From: Clostridia bacterium
Lineage (GTDB): Bacteria > Bacillota > Clostridia > Christensenellales > CAG-138
Direction: 5' to 3'
DNA length: 64,000 nt
Assembly: GCA_036651815.1 (NCBI GenBank)
Contig: JAVVXB010000010.1
Coordinates: 16,961 to 80,960, forward strand
The position numbers and the translations under genes are program-made. Of the stretch, positions 27,677-37,734 are shown piece by piece. Numbering within the stretch: position 1 is the stretch's first letter; each line of letters opens with the position of its first letter. The notes under the pieces are model-generated. The model searched no databases and was not told the DNA's origin. It saw nothing but the letters and a program-made list of their open reading frames with translations.

Positions 27677-28408
27677 ATGCTCGATCATATCGACCGCAGC
27701 AACCCTGTACCTCTTTATTGGCAATTGGCCGAATTGATAAAGTCTCAAATTGCAACGGGACACTATCAACCCGGAGATCGAATTCCAGCTGAGTATTGGT
27801 TGGCGAGCACCTACAATGTCAGTCGTGTCACCGTACGTAAAGCAATTCAGCTTTTAATCGGTAATAACACCCTTGACCGCAGCCGTGGCGAAAGCCCTAC
27901 GGTTTCTTTTCCTCGTCTGAGCCGGCAGACCAACCGTCTGACGAGCCTTTCGGAAAGTCTGATTGAGATGGGACATGTTCCAGGCTCAAGAATACTTTGC
28001 TGCGAAAAGGGATCTGCCTCCTTACGCGCCGCCTACTATTTAGGAATGGAAATCGGCGACCCGGTTTTTCATCTGATGCGATTGCGTCTGGCCGATGATA
28101 GCCCATTGGCAATTCATAATTGCTTTTATCCATATGCCATCTGCGGCAAGGCGCTGACCTCATCCTTTCATGGAGAATCTGTATATCACTTTTTGGAAGC
28201 CAATGGCTTTTCGCTTTCACACGCAACCCAGATCGTTTCCGCAAGAAACGCTACTGATACAGAAGCCAGCCTTTTGGCAATTCCTTCAGGAAGCGCGTTA
28301 CTGCATATCGAACGTGTTTCGTATACGAACACTGGAAAGGCCATTGAATACTCGGAGATGCTTTATAATCCTACCCGATATGATCTGCGCATGGAACTTG
28401 ACCGATAA
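27677..28408 (+). CDS. GntR family transcriptional regulator, HutC subfamily (UTRA effector domain)
   Basis: ORF trimmed to MLDHIDRSNPVPLYWQLAELIKSQIATGHYQPGDRIPAEYWLASTYNVSRVTVRKAIQLL. The C-terminal UTRA-like domain ends ...YNPTRYDLRMEL. Confidence 0.85.
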   Translation: MLDHIDRSNPVPLYWQLAELIKSQIATGHYQPGDRIPAEYWLASTYNVSRVTVRKAIQLLIGNNTLDRSRGESPTVSFPRLSRQTNRLTSLSESLIEMGHVPGSRILCCEKGSASLRAAYYLGMEIGDPVFHLMRLRLADDSPLAIHNCFYPYAICGKALTSSFHGESVYHFLEANGFSLSHATQIVSARNATDTEASLLAIPSGSALLHIERVSYTNTGKAIEYSEMLYNPTRYDLRMELDR

Positions 28409-29177
28409 TTAGCGCCGTGATCGTTGCTACGATTCCCTTATAGGATCTTATGGTAAGAACATTTTTCAAAACGCACACACATTGAACAATCTACTGTCTT
28501 TTCATTTGTCAGCCCGCTATACAGTTTGTTCTGCGACATACCCAACGACCATGGTGTCAAAGTTTCGCAAAAACGTGAAATTGAACCGAACAGCAAGCGG
28601 TCGTAACATAACGTGGTCTTTCCAACCTTTCAGATAATACATAAACAATATAAAGCATCGGCCTTTCATTCGTTATTGTAACAAAAACACAACTTGATTT
28701 TTATAGTACCGATAGTTCAGATGCTATATTCCCAATTTTTTTAGGGCATACTGCTCGCGTCCTTTCAAAAAGCAGAGATCGGCTATGGTGCTGTGTCTGG
28801 ATTTCTTTTTGGTCTGGTACATTTCGTTTCACCTCCTCTGTCGTTTTGCTCTTTCCGCTTCCCACAGGAGATGAGAACCCACGTTTGACGAAGGAATTTG
28901 AAAATGAACAAAAAAATCTCCAGCCGGTTGCTAGCCGGTAGGAGACGGTACGTTAGAACCTATCAGGATATTCGTGCTGAATTGCTTGCGCCACTTTCTT
29001 GAGGCGGGACGCTGTCAAGCCCTAGCTGCATCGCGACCTTACTCTGTAGGTGAAATTCAAATGTTGATATGTCCCTCCCGATCCATTACAAAAAGCAGTT
29101 ATGAAAGCTGGTCCAATCTAAAAACGCGAGCAACAAGATTACAGTATATCGGGCCATCGGGTCCGTTATATACATAC

Positions 29178-29627
29178 TCATACCATAGAACTGCACTTGG
29201 GGATGCTGGCGGATCTAGGCATGAAAGTCGTATTGACGGATCCCTTAATCAGGATGCATAGCGTAGTGTTGGGATTAACATCTAAAGTGCCAGCTAAGCG
29301 CTTTTCAACTACATGGTGCGCTTGTTGTCCAGTTTCGTCAATATCTTGACGAAGTTCATTGTAGGGCTTGTACTCATTATGCACCAGCATGGAGTTCTCG
29401 ACGACATAGTAAGTGTGGAAATCTTTAACCTCGAAGTTGTAAACCGGAGTGGTTTCATCCAGCTCTTCGGTTCCAATAGCCTCGACGGTTGTCTTTGTGC
29501 CGTCAGCGAGCCAGATCTCCATGTCCTCATGCAAGGAAGCCGCACCGACCCAGCCCCTCCACATAGAAGGGGTACTCGGGAGTCGTTGTGATGGTTTCGC
29601 TTTCGGCTTTAACTTATAATATAACAC
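29178..29627 (-). pseudogene. Orphan C-terminal tip of a polymorphic toxin: end of a pretoxin-HINT domain plus a short AHH-motif (HNH/EndoVII-like) module
   Basis: ...IWLADGTKTTVEAIGTEELDETTPVYNFEVKDFHTYYVVENSMLVHN (Hint C-terminal block ending in HN), then EYKPYNELRQDIDETGQQAHHVVEKR. There is no N-terminal toxin body, no RBS and no upstream partner. Confidence 0.5.
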
Positions 29628-29788
29628 ACATTGGTTAGTATTTCTCTATTTATTAAAAGATCAAAAAATTCGTTAAGTCCCAATTTGCCACATATAGTTT
29701 CGTGTTCATTTGATTGAAACCTACACAAAAACATCACTGTGGTAATCGGTGACTGTACAAGCAAATATGTAATGCTATTTTTTAAGCT

Positions 29789-30097
29789 TTATAAATACTC
29801 TGGTAAAACCACGACAGCCCCTTGGTCGTTTTGAATACTTTGGGATTTAATCCAGTATGGGTGAACACATACATTGGGAATATAATCGCAAAAATGTGTC
29901 CCCGCAAGCTCCTGTTTTCTGATACGAAAATCATACCAAATACCACGAACACAATTCATAAATGGTGCAATTTCTGCGTATCGCTTTTGCTCCGCAAACG
30001 GGTCAATGTTTTGATTTTCAATCAATAGGTTTTTATTGCCGACAATCGTCGAAGACGGCACTTCTTGTCCAACACATAAAACATTCATATCGAACAT
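29789..30097 (-). CDS. Hypothetical small protein (possible immunity-type protein of the toxin islet)
   Basis: ORF 29789..30124, trimmed to MFDMNVLCVGQE after a GGAGAA RBS. No recognisable motif. The call is based on context only. Confidence 0.3.
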   Translation of the reverse strand: MFDMNVLCVGQEVPSSTIVGNKNLLIENQNIDPFAEQKRYAEIAPFMNCVRGIWYDFRIRKQELAGTHFCDYIPNVCVHPYWIKSQSIQNDQGAVVVLPEYL

Positions 30098-30170
30098 AAG
30101 CTTCTCCTGTTTTTTACCATTCAATTTTTAAGTGTAGATTTGTCAAATTTCTATTTTTTGTACCAATCAA

Positions 30171-30308
30171 TCAGCCGATCGGTTGCTTGAAATCCATTAA
30201 ACTGATTTGTCCGTTGCTATATCGATGCATCTGCATCATCCTTTGTGCAAGGTTTTTGCCCTGTTCCTTTTCTTTTCCTTGTTCTTGTTTAATGCCTTGA
30301 ATGATCAT
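30171..30308 (-). pseudogene. N-terminal stub of a transposase (IS1182/IS5-like start)
   Basis: Own translation: MIIQGIKQEQGKEKEQGKNLAQRMMQMHRYSNGQISLMDFKQPIG-stop. The QISLxDFxQPxG block is typical of the first about 45 aa of such transposases. Confidence 0.3.
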
Positions 30309-30350
30309 ATGTGTCCCGTTTAGCTGGAATTTTCAGCTGTTCAACCGTCA

Positions 30351-31487
30351 CTACATAAAGAACTGCAACGCAGCGTTCTGTAAATCGAGCCCCTTTTGAT
30401 TGAGCGCAATCCATTCGGGCGTTTCGTCCACCCACCCGCGATTGCGAAGTTTTTCCAAAGCGGTTGGATAGGCGTCCGCAATGTCGGCGCCAAAACGCGA
30501 TTGAAATGCGGCACGGTCAACGCCTTTGGTCATACGTAAACCCAGCATAACGGACTCAAACATCTCATCAGCGGGAAAAAGTCGAATAATTTCGCGCACC
30601 GGACGCCGATTATGGGCAATCAGGCGATAATAGTCCTTCCTGGAATCCACATTTGCATATCGTGTCCACTCATGCATACGCAGCGCGGAGTGCGCGGCAA
30701 CGCCAAAGCCCAGGTATTCTCCATTCCTCCAATAATTCAAGTTATGTCGGCACTCAAAACCTGGTTTGCAAAAGTTGCTGATTTCATAACGTTGATACCC
30801 ATGCTCTGCAAGATAAGCAAACCCAGCATCCTGCATATCCGCCACATAGTCTGCATCCGGCAAGCCAACCTCGCCTTTTTTTGCGCGCACAAACAGCGGT
30901 GTATCTTCGTTTAGAATCAACGAATAGGAGGATATATGCTCAACTTCTAATTCGCACACCGCTTTCAGCGTGTCGATGTAATCCTTCTCCGTTTGTTCTG
31001 GCAAACCATGCATAACATCCACGTTGATATTCGTAAAGCCTGTTTCCCGCGCCATGGCCACCGTGTCCGTAAATTCACGGTAGGCGTGGATACGGCCGAT
31101 CAATTTTAAAATTTGATCGCAGGAGCTTTGCAGTCCTACCGATAGGCGGTTGATACCCGCTTCACGATAGGCAGCGAGATTATCCCTCGAAGTTGTGCCG
31201 GGATTGGATTCCATGGAGCACTCCGCATCCGGTGCAATGGAAAATCCAGCCCGCAACGCATCCATAATGTGCTTCATCTGATCGCCCGAAAGCAACGATG
31301 GCGTACCGCCGCCAATGTAGACGGTATCAAAAGTCAGTTCGCACAATCGCGCTTTTTTTGTCAGCGCAATCTCGCGGATCAACGCATCACAATATTCACC
31401 GATGGTGCCGTCATCCGGAAAAGAGACAAAGTCACAATAGCTGCACTTCTTTATGCAGTATGGAATATGCACATAGAGTCCTGCCAT
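30351..31487 (-). CDS. hemW: Radical SAM heme chaperone HemW (HemN-like, oxygen-independent coproporphyrinogen oxidase family)
   Basis: LYVHIPYCIKKCSYCDF (CxxxCxxC) and GGGTPS. 378 aa. Sits directly after lepA, as in many Firmicutes. Confidence 0.9.
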   Translation of the reverse strand: MAGLYVHIPYCIKKCSYCDFVSFPDDGTIGEYCDALIREIALTKKARLCELTFDTVYIGGGTPSLLSGDQMKHIMDALRAGFSIAPDAECSMESNPGTTSRDNLAAYREAGINRLSVGLQSSCDQILKLIGRIHAYREFTDTVAMARETGFTNINVDVMHGLPEQTEKDYIDTLKAVCELEVEHISSYSLILNEDTPLFVRAKKGEVGLPDADYVADMQDAGFAYLAEHGYQRYEISNFCKPGFECRHNLNYWRNGEYLGFGVAAHSALRMHEWTRYANVDSRKDYYRLIAHNRRPVREIIRLFPADEMFESVMLGLRMTKGVDRAAFQSRFGADIADAYPTALEKLRNRGWVDETPEWIALNQKGLDLQNAALQFFM

Positions 31488-31490
31488 CTT

Positions 31491-33293
31491 TTAATTGATC
31501 TTAAGAACGCTCATGAACGCTTCGCTTGGAACCTCAACGGATCCAACCTGGCGCATGCGCTTCTTCCCTTCCTTCTGCTTTTCCAATAGTTTCTTTTTGC
31601 GCGAAATATCGCCGCCATAGCACTTTGCAAGCACATCCTTGCGGATCGCTTTGACGGTTTCCCGTGCAATGACCTTGCCGCCAATCGCCGCCTGAATCGG
31701 AATTTCAAATTGCTGGCGCGGAATCACGTCCTTGAGCCGTTCCGCAACTGCGCGGCCCTTTGCATATGCTTTATCACGGTGGACAATGGTCGAGAGTGCA
31801 TCGCAGTTTTCACCATTGAGTAGGAAATCAAGCTTTACCAAATCCGATTTCATATAATCGCGCAGCTCATAATCAAAGGACGCATAGCCACGGCTTCTGG
31901 ACTTGAGCTGATCAAAAAAATCAAAAATAATCTCGTTGAGCGGGAGAATATAGTGGATACTTACGCGCGTATCCTCGATATAATTCATATTTTGGAAGAT
32001 CCCGCGTTTCTCCTGACACAACTCCATAATCGTGCCGACATATTCGGAGGGTGTCATGATGGTTGCGTTGACCATCGGTTCCTCCATATTGCTGATTTCC
32101 GAAGCGGATGGCAGATTGGTCGGATTGTCAATCATGAGTTCCTTGCCTGTGGTGGTAATCACCTTATAGATAACGCTTGGCGATGTTGTGATCAAGCCAA
32201 GGTCAAACTCCCGTTCCAAGCGTTCTGAGATAATCTCCATATGCAGCAATCCCAAAAATCCGCAACGAAAGCCATAGCCAAGCGCAACAGACGTTTCTTG
32301 TTCGAATGAAAGAGATGCGTCGTTGAGTTTGAGTCTTTGGAGCGCATCCCGCAGATCGTCATAATCGGCGCCATCCGCAGGATAGATGCCACAAAAAACC
32401 ATGGGATTGGCTTGCTTATAGCCTGGCAGCGGCGTTGTTGCCGGGTGTTCCGCACTCGTGAGCGTATCCCCAACCTTAGTTTCCTCAACGCTCTTAATCG
32501 ACGCGGCAATATACCCGACCTCGCCTGCGGAAAGCTCGTCCATTTCGCGCATTATAGGCATAAAGGCGCCGACCTCAACCACCTCAAACTCATTTCCCGT
32601 CGCCATGGAACGGATCCGCATGCCTGCGCGCACCGTACCGTTGAATACGCGTACGTAGGAAAGCGCGCCTTTATAATTATCATAATAGCAGTCAAAGATC
32701 AGCGCAGTCAGCGGTGCGTCAGGGTCACCCTTCGGCGCGGGAACAGCGTCTACAATGCTGGCAAGCACCCGGTCCACATTCAGTCCGCTCTTTGCGGAAA
32801 TCTGCGGTGCATCCACGGCGGGAATTCCGAGAATATCCTCGATTTCCTTGACTACACGCTCCGGTTCAGCGCTTGGCAGGTCAATTTTGTTGATGATGGG
32901 CATGATCTCAAGTCCATTATCTACGGCAAGATACACATTTGCCAGCGTTTGCGCCTCGATGCCTTGCGTTGCATCCACAACCAGCACCGCGCCTTCGCAC
33001 GCAGCAAGCGCCCGGCTGACTTCATAGGTGAAATCCACATGCCCCGGCGTATCAATCAGGTTGAACATGTACTCCTGCCCATCATCACTGTGATAAAACA
33101 TGCGTACTGCGGAGGATTTAATGGTTATGCCGCGTTCTCGTTCGATGTCCATAGAATCGAGCATCTGCTCGGTCATGTCGCGGGCGGTAACCGTATTTGT
33201 CAATTCCATCATGCGGTCGGCAAGTGTTGATTTACCATGGTCAATGTGCGCGATGATCGAAAAATTACGAATGTGGTCCAGCGAGTATGCCAT
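31491..33293 (-). CDS. lepA: Elongation factor 4 (LepA)
   Basis: ORF trimmed to [27 protein letters not shown]. Also [13 protein letters not shown] and the LepA-specific C-terminus. Confidence 0.97.
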   Translation of the reverse strand: MAYSLDHIRNFSIIAHIDHGKSTLADRMMELTNTVTARDMTEQMLDSMDIERERGITIKSSAVRMFYHSDDGQEYMFNLIDTPGHVDFTYEVSRALAACEGAVLVVDATQGIEAQTLANVYLAVDNGLEIMPIINKIDLPSAEPERVVKEIEDILGIPAVDAPQISAKSGLNVDRVLASIVDAVPAPKGDPDAPLTALIFDCYYDNYKGALSYVRVFNGTVRAGMRIRSMATGNEFEVVEVGAFMPIMREMDELSAGEVGYIAASIKSVEETKVGDTLTSAEHPATTPLPGYKQANPMVFCGIYPADGADYDDLRDALQRLKLNDASLSFEQETSVALGYGFRCGFLGLLHMEIISERLEREFDLGLITTSPSVIYKVITTTGKELMIDNPTNLPSASEISNMEEPMVNATIMTPSEYVGTIMELCQEKRGIFQNMNYIEDTRVSIHYILPLNEIIFDFFDQLKSRSRGYASFDYELRDYMKSDLVKLDFLLNGENCDALSTIVHRDKAYAKGRAVAERLKDVIPRQQFEIPIQAAIGGKVIARETVKAIRKDVLAKCYGGDISRKKKLLEKQKEGKKRMRQVGSVEVPSEAFMSVLKIN

Positions 33294-33467
33294 AGATGAT
33301 CCTCCTTTTTCTTTTCTTCCAGTTATCAGACGAAAAGAATCACAAAAGAAAAGTTTTGCTTTTCTGAATTTGCTGTTTGATATGATACATGATCGAAAAA
33401 CGAATTGCAAGAAAGTGTTCCGTCGTGCTAGACTGCAAATTGAAAATGTTTTTTTGGAGGCAACGTC

Positions 33468-34076
33468 ATGCAGATTGATACCGTAGTAACAAACCTAAAT
33501 AAACGCCGTTATTTGGCAAAGTATTTTCGCACCACAGCCGCAGCAAAAGCTGAGATACTTGAGATCATCGGAACACAGAGCGTCGGCATCGGTGGGAGTA
33601 AATCCATCAATGATACCCATCTCTATGACGACCTAATCGCGCGCGGCAACCGCGTTTTTTGCCACACTTTTGCATCATTAGCATCGGAAAAGCAGACCGC
33701 GCGACGCGACGCAATGGACGCTGATATTTATCTGTGTTCAGCAAACGCAATTACGCAAAACGGACTCATCGTGAATATTGACGGTACGGGCAACCGGGTG
33801 GCTGCCACCATCTTTGGACCGAAAACTGTTATCATGCTCGTTGGTAAAAACAAGTTGGTTTCCAGCGTGGAAGCAGGTATCGCCCGCACAAAGCGCGATA
33901 ATTGCCCCCGTAACGCCAGCAGACTTGGCGTAGATACGCCGTGTTCTGCCACCGGCCGCTGTGCGGATTGCTCCGGCACGGGTCGGATGTGCAACGTAAC
34001 CGTCATATACGAATATCCCACGCGCAACGTAGACCGATTCTATGTGTTTCTGGTAGATGAAGAATTGGGCTGGTAA
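33468..34076 (+). CDS. LUD-domain (LutC/YkgG-like, DUF162) protein
   Basis: 202 aa. ...IGIGGSKSI...[41 protein letters not shown]...CxxCxxxxRMCN is typical of standalone LUD-domain proteins. Confidence 0.7.
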   Translation: MQIDTVVTNLNKRRYLAKYFRTTAAAKAEILEIIGTQSVGIGGSKSINDTHLYDDLIARGNRVFCHTFASLASEKQTARRDAMDADIYLCSANAITQNGLIVNIDGTGNRVAATIFGPKTVIMLVGKNKLVSSVEAGIARTKRDNCPRNASRLGVDTPCSATGRCADCSGTGRMCNVTVIYEYPTRNVDRFYVFLVDEELGW

Positions 34077-34097
34077 GCCGTGCCCGCTATGCATTGC

Positions 34098-35024
34098 TTA
34101 TCGTTTACGCAACATTTGGATGATATTTAATTGCACCTCAAACTGTTGCCGCTGTTTTTTCGCCACCGTTTCAAGGATCAATCCGCATACAAGCGAAAGC
34201 ATGCCAAGAATGATGCTCACGGTGGAAACAATCAGCGTTGGAAAACGCGGTACCAGACCGGTTCTTGCAAATTCCACCAGAACCGGTATGAACAAAACGA
34301 TGCCGACAATGAAAAAAAGTCCGGCAAACAGTCCAAAGAATGACATGGGCCGATAGTCCTTATAGAGATTGAAGATGGTTTTTAACACGCGAAATCCGTC
34401 CGAGTAGGTAGAAAGCTTCGACACGCTACCCGTGGGTCGGTCGCGATAATCCACCGGAATCGACTGAATGTGCAGATTCTTATCCAGTGCGTGGATGGTC
34501 ATCTCGGTTTCAATTTCAAATCCCGCGGATAGCACCGGAAAGGATTTGACAAACAGCGGTGAAAATGCACGGTATCCCGTCATGATATCCATGATATCGC
34601 CATGGAAAATTCCGTTGACAAGACCGCGTACCATCCGGTTGCCTAGGTTGTGAAACGGACGCTTATTCTCCGTAAAATAGGTAGCCGAAAGTCGATCGCC
34701 CACGACCATATCCACGTTTTTATCTAGAACCAACTCTACCATATTTCGCGCGTACTCCGCCGGATAGGTATCATCCCCGTCAATCATCAGATAGCAATCG
34801 GCATCGATTTCACGAAACATGGTGCGGATGACATTGCCCTTGCCCTGTCTGGATTCATAGCGAACAATCGCGCCCGCTCTGCGCGCAGCAGCGTCTGTTC
34901 CGTCCGTGGAGTTGTTGTCATAGACATAAATCTCCGCTTCGGGCAGCGTATTTTTAAAATCCATGACCACCTTCTCTACCGTCTGCGCTTCATTATAGCA
35001 GGGAATCAGTATCGCAATCTTCAT
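34098..35024 (-). CDS. GT2 family glycosyltransferase, GtrB/CsbB-like polyprenyl-phosphate sugar synthase
   Basis: MKIAILIPCYNEAQTVEKVV...YVYDNNSTDGTD...MIDGDDTY (DxD), with two C-terminal TM helices, as in GtrB and DPM synthases. Confidence 0.85.
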   Translation of the reverse strand: MKIAILIPCYNEAQTVEKVVMDFKNTLPEAEIYVYDNNSTDGTDAAARRAGAIVRYESRQGKGNVIRTMFREIDADCYLMIDGDDTYPAEYARNMVELVLDKNVDMVVGDRLSATYFTENKRPFHNLGNRMVRGLVNGIFHGDIMDIMTGYRAFSPLFVKSFPVLSAGFEIETEMTIHALDKNLHIQSIPVDYRDRPTGSVSKLSTYSDGFRVLKTIFNLYKDYRPMSFFGLFAGLFFIVGIVLFIPVLVEFARTGLVPRFPTLIVSTVSIILGMLSLVCGLILETVAKKQRQQFEVQLNIIQMLRKR

Positions 35025-37333
35025 TCCGCATCCTCCATATTCTTTTTTCGGTGTACAAGCACTTTTCGTTTGCTAAAATAGTTCCAAATCATCACCAGTA
35101 CAACGGCAATGAGTTTGGCAAGCATGTAGTGAATCTGCATCCGATCCACAAACAGATACATGAACCATTCGTTCAGTCCCAAGCCAATGAGACTCGTAAG
35201 TAAAAATCCTGCCTTGATACCTCTGTTCTTGGTATTCGCGCCCTGAAATACCCAATATGCGCACAACAGATAATTTGTCACAACCGAGATTGCAAACGCA
35301 AACGCCGTGGCCAATAGGTAATGCAGTCCAAACACCTCAGCAAAAACGATCATACAGCCATAATCGATCCCAAAGCCAACTGCACCAGCTGCCGCAAAGC
35401 GCAGCATCTCCTGGCCTCTGCCCGTCCGCTTTTCAATGTGTTCAGCTGGAGCGGTCAGCTGATAGTGCGCCGTCTTATTCCAAAACAGTCCCAGCAGCAG
35501 TGGAAAGCACGCCATAATCGGATACGCATAGCGAACGATTACGCACGGGCCAAGCAGCAGTGTCATCCAAACCCCATATGGTAATGCAAGCGGCAACGCC
35601 AGCCGATATTGTTTGAAATAAAGTAGGGTAAGCACCGCAAGAAAGAGAACCCAGCAATAAAATCCCGGATTGAACAGCCAAGCAATCACCGGGATTTTCT
35701 CATGATTGTTTTCATGGGCAAACCATTGGTAATACGATTCCGCTCCTCTCCATAGGCTCTGCTTTTTCACATCCGCATTAATATTTTCGATAAACCCTGT
35801 AAACATATACCCGAGGATTTCCTCGGCCTCCGGTTCATTGTAGCAATCATAAATATGAGCATGCAGATTCCCGTCCGGATACCAATATCCAAGCGTCATG
35901 AGTAAAAACGCGTCTGTGTAATCATTTAAATAGGTTGGCAGATGCTTGCCCCAAACTTTGAGAAAGCCTAGCATGCTGGTTGCCCCATCACCAATGGTTG
36001 CATTCTCTTTGATCGGATCGGCCAACAAGGGGTAATAATTCTGAACCACCTTTTCCGGTAAATATTCGAAAATTTCCTGTTTGTCCACATCGCTCAGCTC
36101 GTCAGTGTGGTTGTTGTACGCTCTGGCAAGTTGCTGTATGGGAACGCTCAGCATTTCGATGCGCGGTCCATCGGTAGCGGATAATGCGCGGCTTAATAAA
36201 TCCTTGCCTGCAAACGAGAGCACCAGCGAACCCGCAAGTAAAACGGCAATCCAAAACCGTTTTTGTTGCACGCCCAGCACCACGATGGGGAGCATGACGG
36301 CAAACGCATAGATCATATTGTTCCGCATAAGGCACGACAATAGCACCGTACCCAGATATAGGAGGATACGCCCGGGGCTTTTGAAGAAGCTAACGGGATC
36401 CATGCAGATATCATAGAGTTGAAGTAAGCAAAGCAGAAACAGCCCGGAGAATACGGTGTCCTTCGTGGAGGATACCGCAAGTATCGCGTGAAACGGCATC
36501 AACGCATAGAATCCAACCGCAACGATGCTGATGACGAACGGCACGTTCAGTCGTTTTACCAGATAAGTTGTAACACCGGCAAGCGAACCGGATAGAATCA
36601 GCGTCTGTACCGTTGTAAATACCGCCACACCGCCCGTGCCCGTGCCGAACACGGTAACGCCAAGTTGATAACATCCCTGAAACAGTAACGTATGCAACAG
36701 CGGCTGATAGGTATTGTACGCATGCGTCAGCGCCTGATGGTTTTGACTATACATGTCATATCCCCAGATCCCCGGGAAATACCCAAGATAGCAAGGCAAC
36801 CAGAACAGCAACAGTATCCCCCAAACCGTAAAAAACACCGTTGATCGCTTCCAACCGGCCGGGTTCCAACGAGTGTTTTCCATTTTGAGCTGTCGCATAT
36901 CATAGTTCGCGCGGGGAACACCGTGGAGAAACAGTATGAGCAGACTGGTGAGCACTGGGGTAAATGCCAAAGCAAAAAAAAGTGACAAAAGCACGTTGCT
37001 CACAGTGAGCGAAACATGCGATTCCACAAATATTGCTCTGCCAATCACCAGTGCAAGGGAGAGAACATACGCGCCAACCAACGAAAACGAGAGCAATCTG
37101 ATGTTCAGTCGTTTGACGGCGCATCGAATCAACCAGTAGAACAGTCCAAACGCAAGCGCACACGCCGTGACATTGATCACAATCGATGCGCTGGAAAGCA
37201 TCGCCGATATCTGCGGCAATACGGCCGCAGCCAAGGCCGCGCATATCCCCGCAAACCATCTGTTCTTTTGTATAAAATCAATCATGCGATTCGTTTCAAT
37301 GATCCTTTGCATTTTCCTTTGTAATGGCAACAC
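35021..37333 (-). CDS. Fusion protein: about 640-aa polytopic (GT-C-like) membrane domain plus a C-terminal GtrA-family domain
   Basis: 770 aa with more than 12 predicted TM helices. The last about 130 aa (MLRFAAAGAVGFGIDYGCMIVFAEVFGLHYLLATAFAFAISVVTNYLLCAYWVF...WNYFSKRKVLV) form a canonical GtrA fold. 4-nt overlap with the GT2 gene. The exact start is uncertain. Confidence 0.7.
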   Translation of the reverse strand: MLPLQRKMQRIIETNRMIDFIQKNRWFAGICAALAAAVLPQISAMLSSASIVINVTACALAFGLFYWLIRCAVKRLNIRLLSFSLVGAYVLSLALVIGRAIFVESHVSLTVSNVLLSLFFALAFTPVLTSLLILFLHGVPRANYDMRQLKMENTRWNPAGWKRSTVFFTVWGILLLFWLPCYLGYFPGIWGYDMYSQNHQALTHAYNTYQPLLHTLLFQGCYQLGVTVFGTGTGGVAVFTTVQTLILSGSLAGVTTYLVKRLNVPFVISIVAVGFYALMPFHAILAVSSTKDTVFSGLFLLCLLQLYDICMDPVSFFKSPGRILLYLGTVLLSCLMRNNMIYAFAVMLPIVVLGVQQKRFWIAVLLAGSLVLSFAGKDLLSRALSATDGPRIEMLSVPIQQLARAYNNHTDELSDVDKQEIFEYLPEKVVQNYYPLLADPIKENATIGDGATSMLGFLKVWGKHLPTYLNDYTDAFLLMTLGYWYPDGNLHAHIYDCYNEPEAEEILGYMFTGFIENINADVKKQSLWRGAESYYQWFAHENNHEKIPVIAWLFNPGFYCWVLFLAVLTLLYFKQYRLALPLALPYGVWMTLLLGPCVIVRYAYPIMACFPLLLGLFWNKTAHYQLTAPAEHIEKRTGRGQEMLRFAAAGAVGFGIDYGCMIVFAEVFGLHYLLATAFAFAISVVTNYLLCAYWVFQGANTKNRGIKAGFLLTSLIGLGLNEWFMYLFVDRMQIHYMLAKLIAVVLVMIWNYFSKRKVLVHRKKNMEDAE

Positions 37334-37590
37334 TCTACATACAATTACGACAGTATCTTATCAAAGATTGATACATTCGTCCACTCCCGCGCAATTGTTT
37401 TCATAACTTATCAGAGATGATGCACATTGATTACGGTAGGTATGCCAATCCAGCAGGGTCATCTTGCGTGCATCGGGGTCCAATCGGCTCACACGTTAGA
37501 ATTCTATCGAATGAATGAAGCCGAATTTTGTGGTGGATAGGCTTGACAACGCCGCTTCTGCAATATTTCATATGAAAATGCTGTTTTTGT

Positions 37591-37618
37591 TTGCAATTGG
37601 AAATTCTCTTGATATAAT
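37591..37618 (+). promoter_or_regulatory. Sigma-A promoter of the P-type ATPase leader
   Basis: TTGCAA-16 nt-TATAAT. Confidence 0.5.
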
Positions 37619-37624
37619 AATAGT

Positions 37625-37734
37625 ACGTGAGGGAGTAGTTGACGCGATACCTGTATGATCGCGTTCCAAGATCAACATTCAATCGATATGCATATATTGT
37701 ATATCTGGCTTGGATCAAATAACAAGACTCATGT
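37625..37734 (+). ncRNA. Candidate yybP-ykoY (Mn2+) riboswitch aptamer
   Basis: ACGUGAG (P1 5' arm) is followed immediately by GGGAGUAG. CAAGAC immediately precedes CUCAUGU (P1 3' arm). Internal helices are CGCGAU/AUCGCG and GUUGA/UCAAC. Located in the 5' leader of a cation P-type ATPase. Confidence 0.5.

Noticed and set aside
28724-28822. A 32-codon ORF (MYQTKKKSRHSTIADLCFLKGREQYALKKLGI) sits behind a very strong GAGGAGGTG RBS.
   Set aside because: It is too short and featureless to call as a gene. It lies in the debris islet and is mentioned only under that finding.
28980-29060. A possible helix-turn-helix remnant (…GLTASRLKKVAQAIQHEYPDRF) lies on the minus strand downstream of the toxin tip.
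   Set aside because: Only about 22 residues are open between stops, which is not enough to distinguish it from chance.
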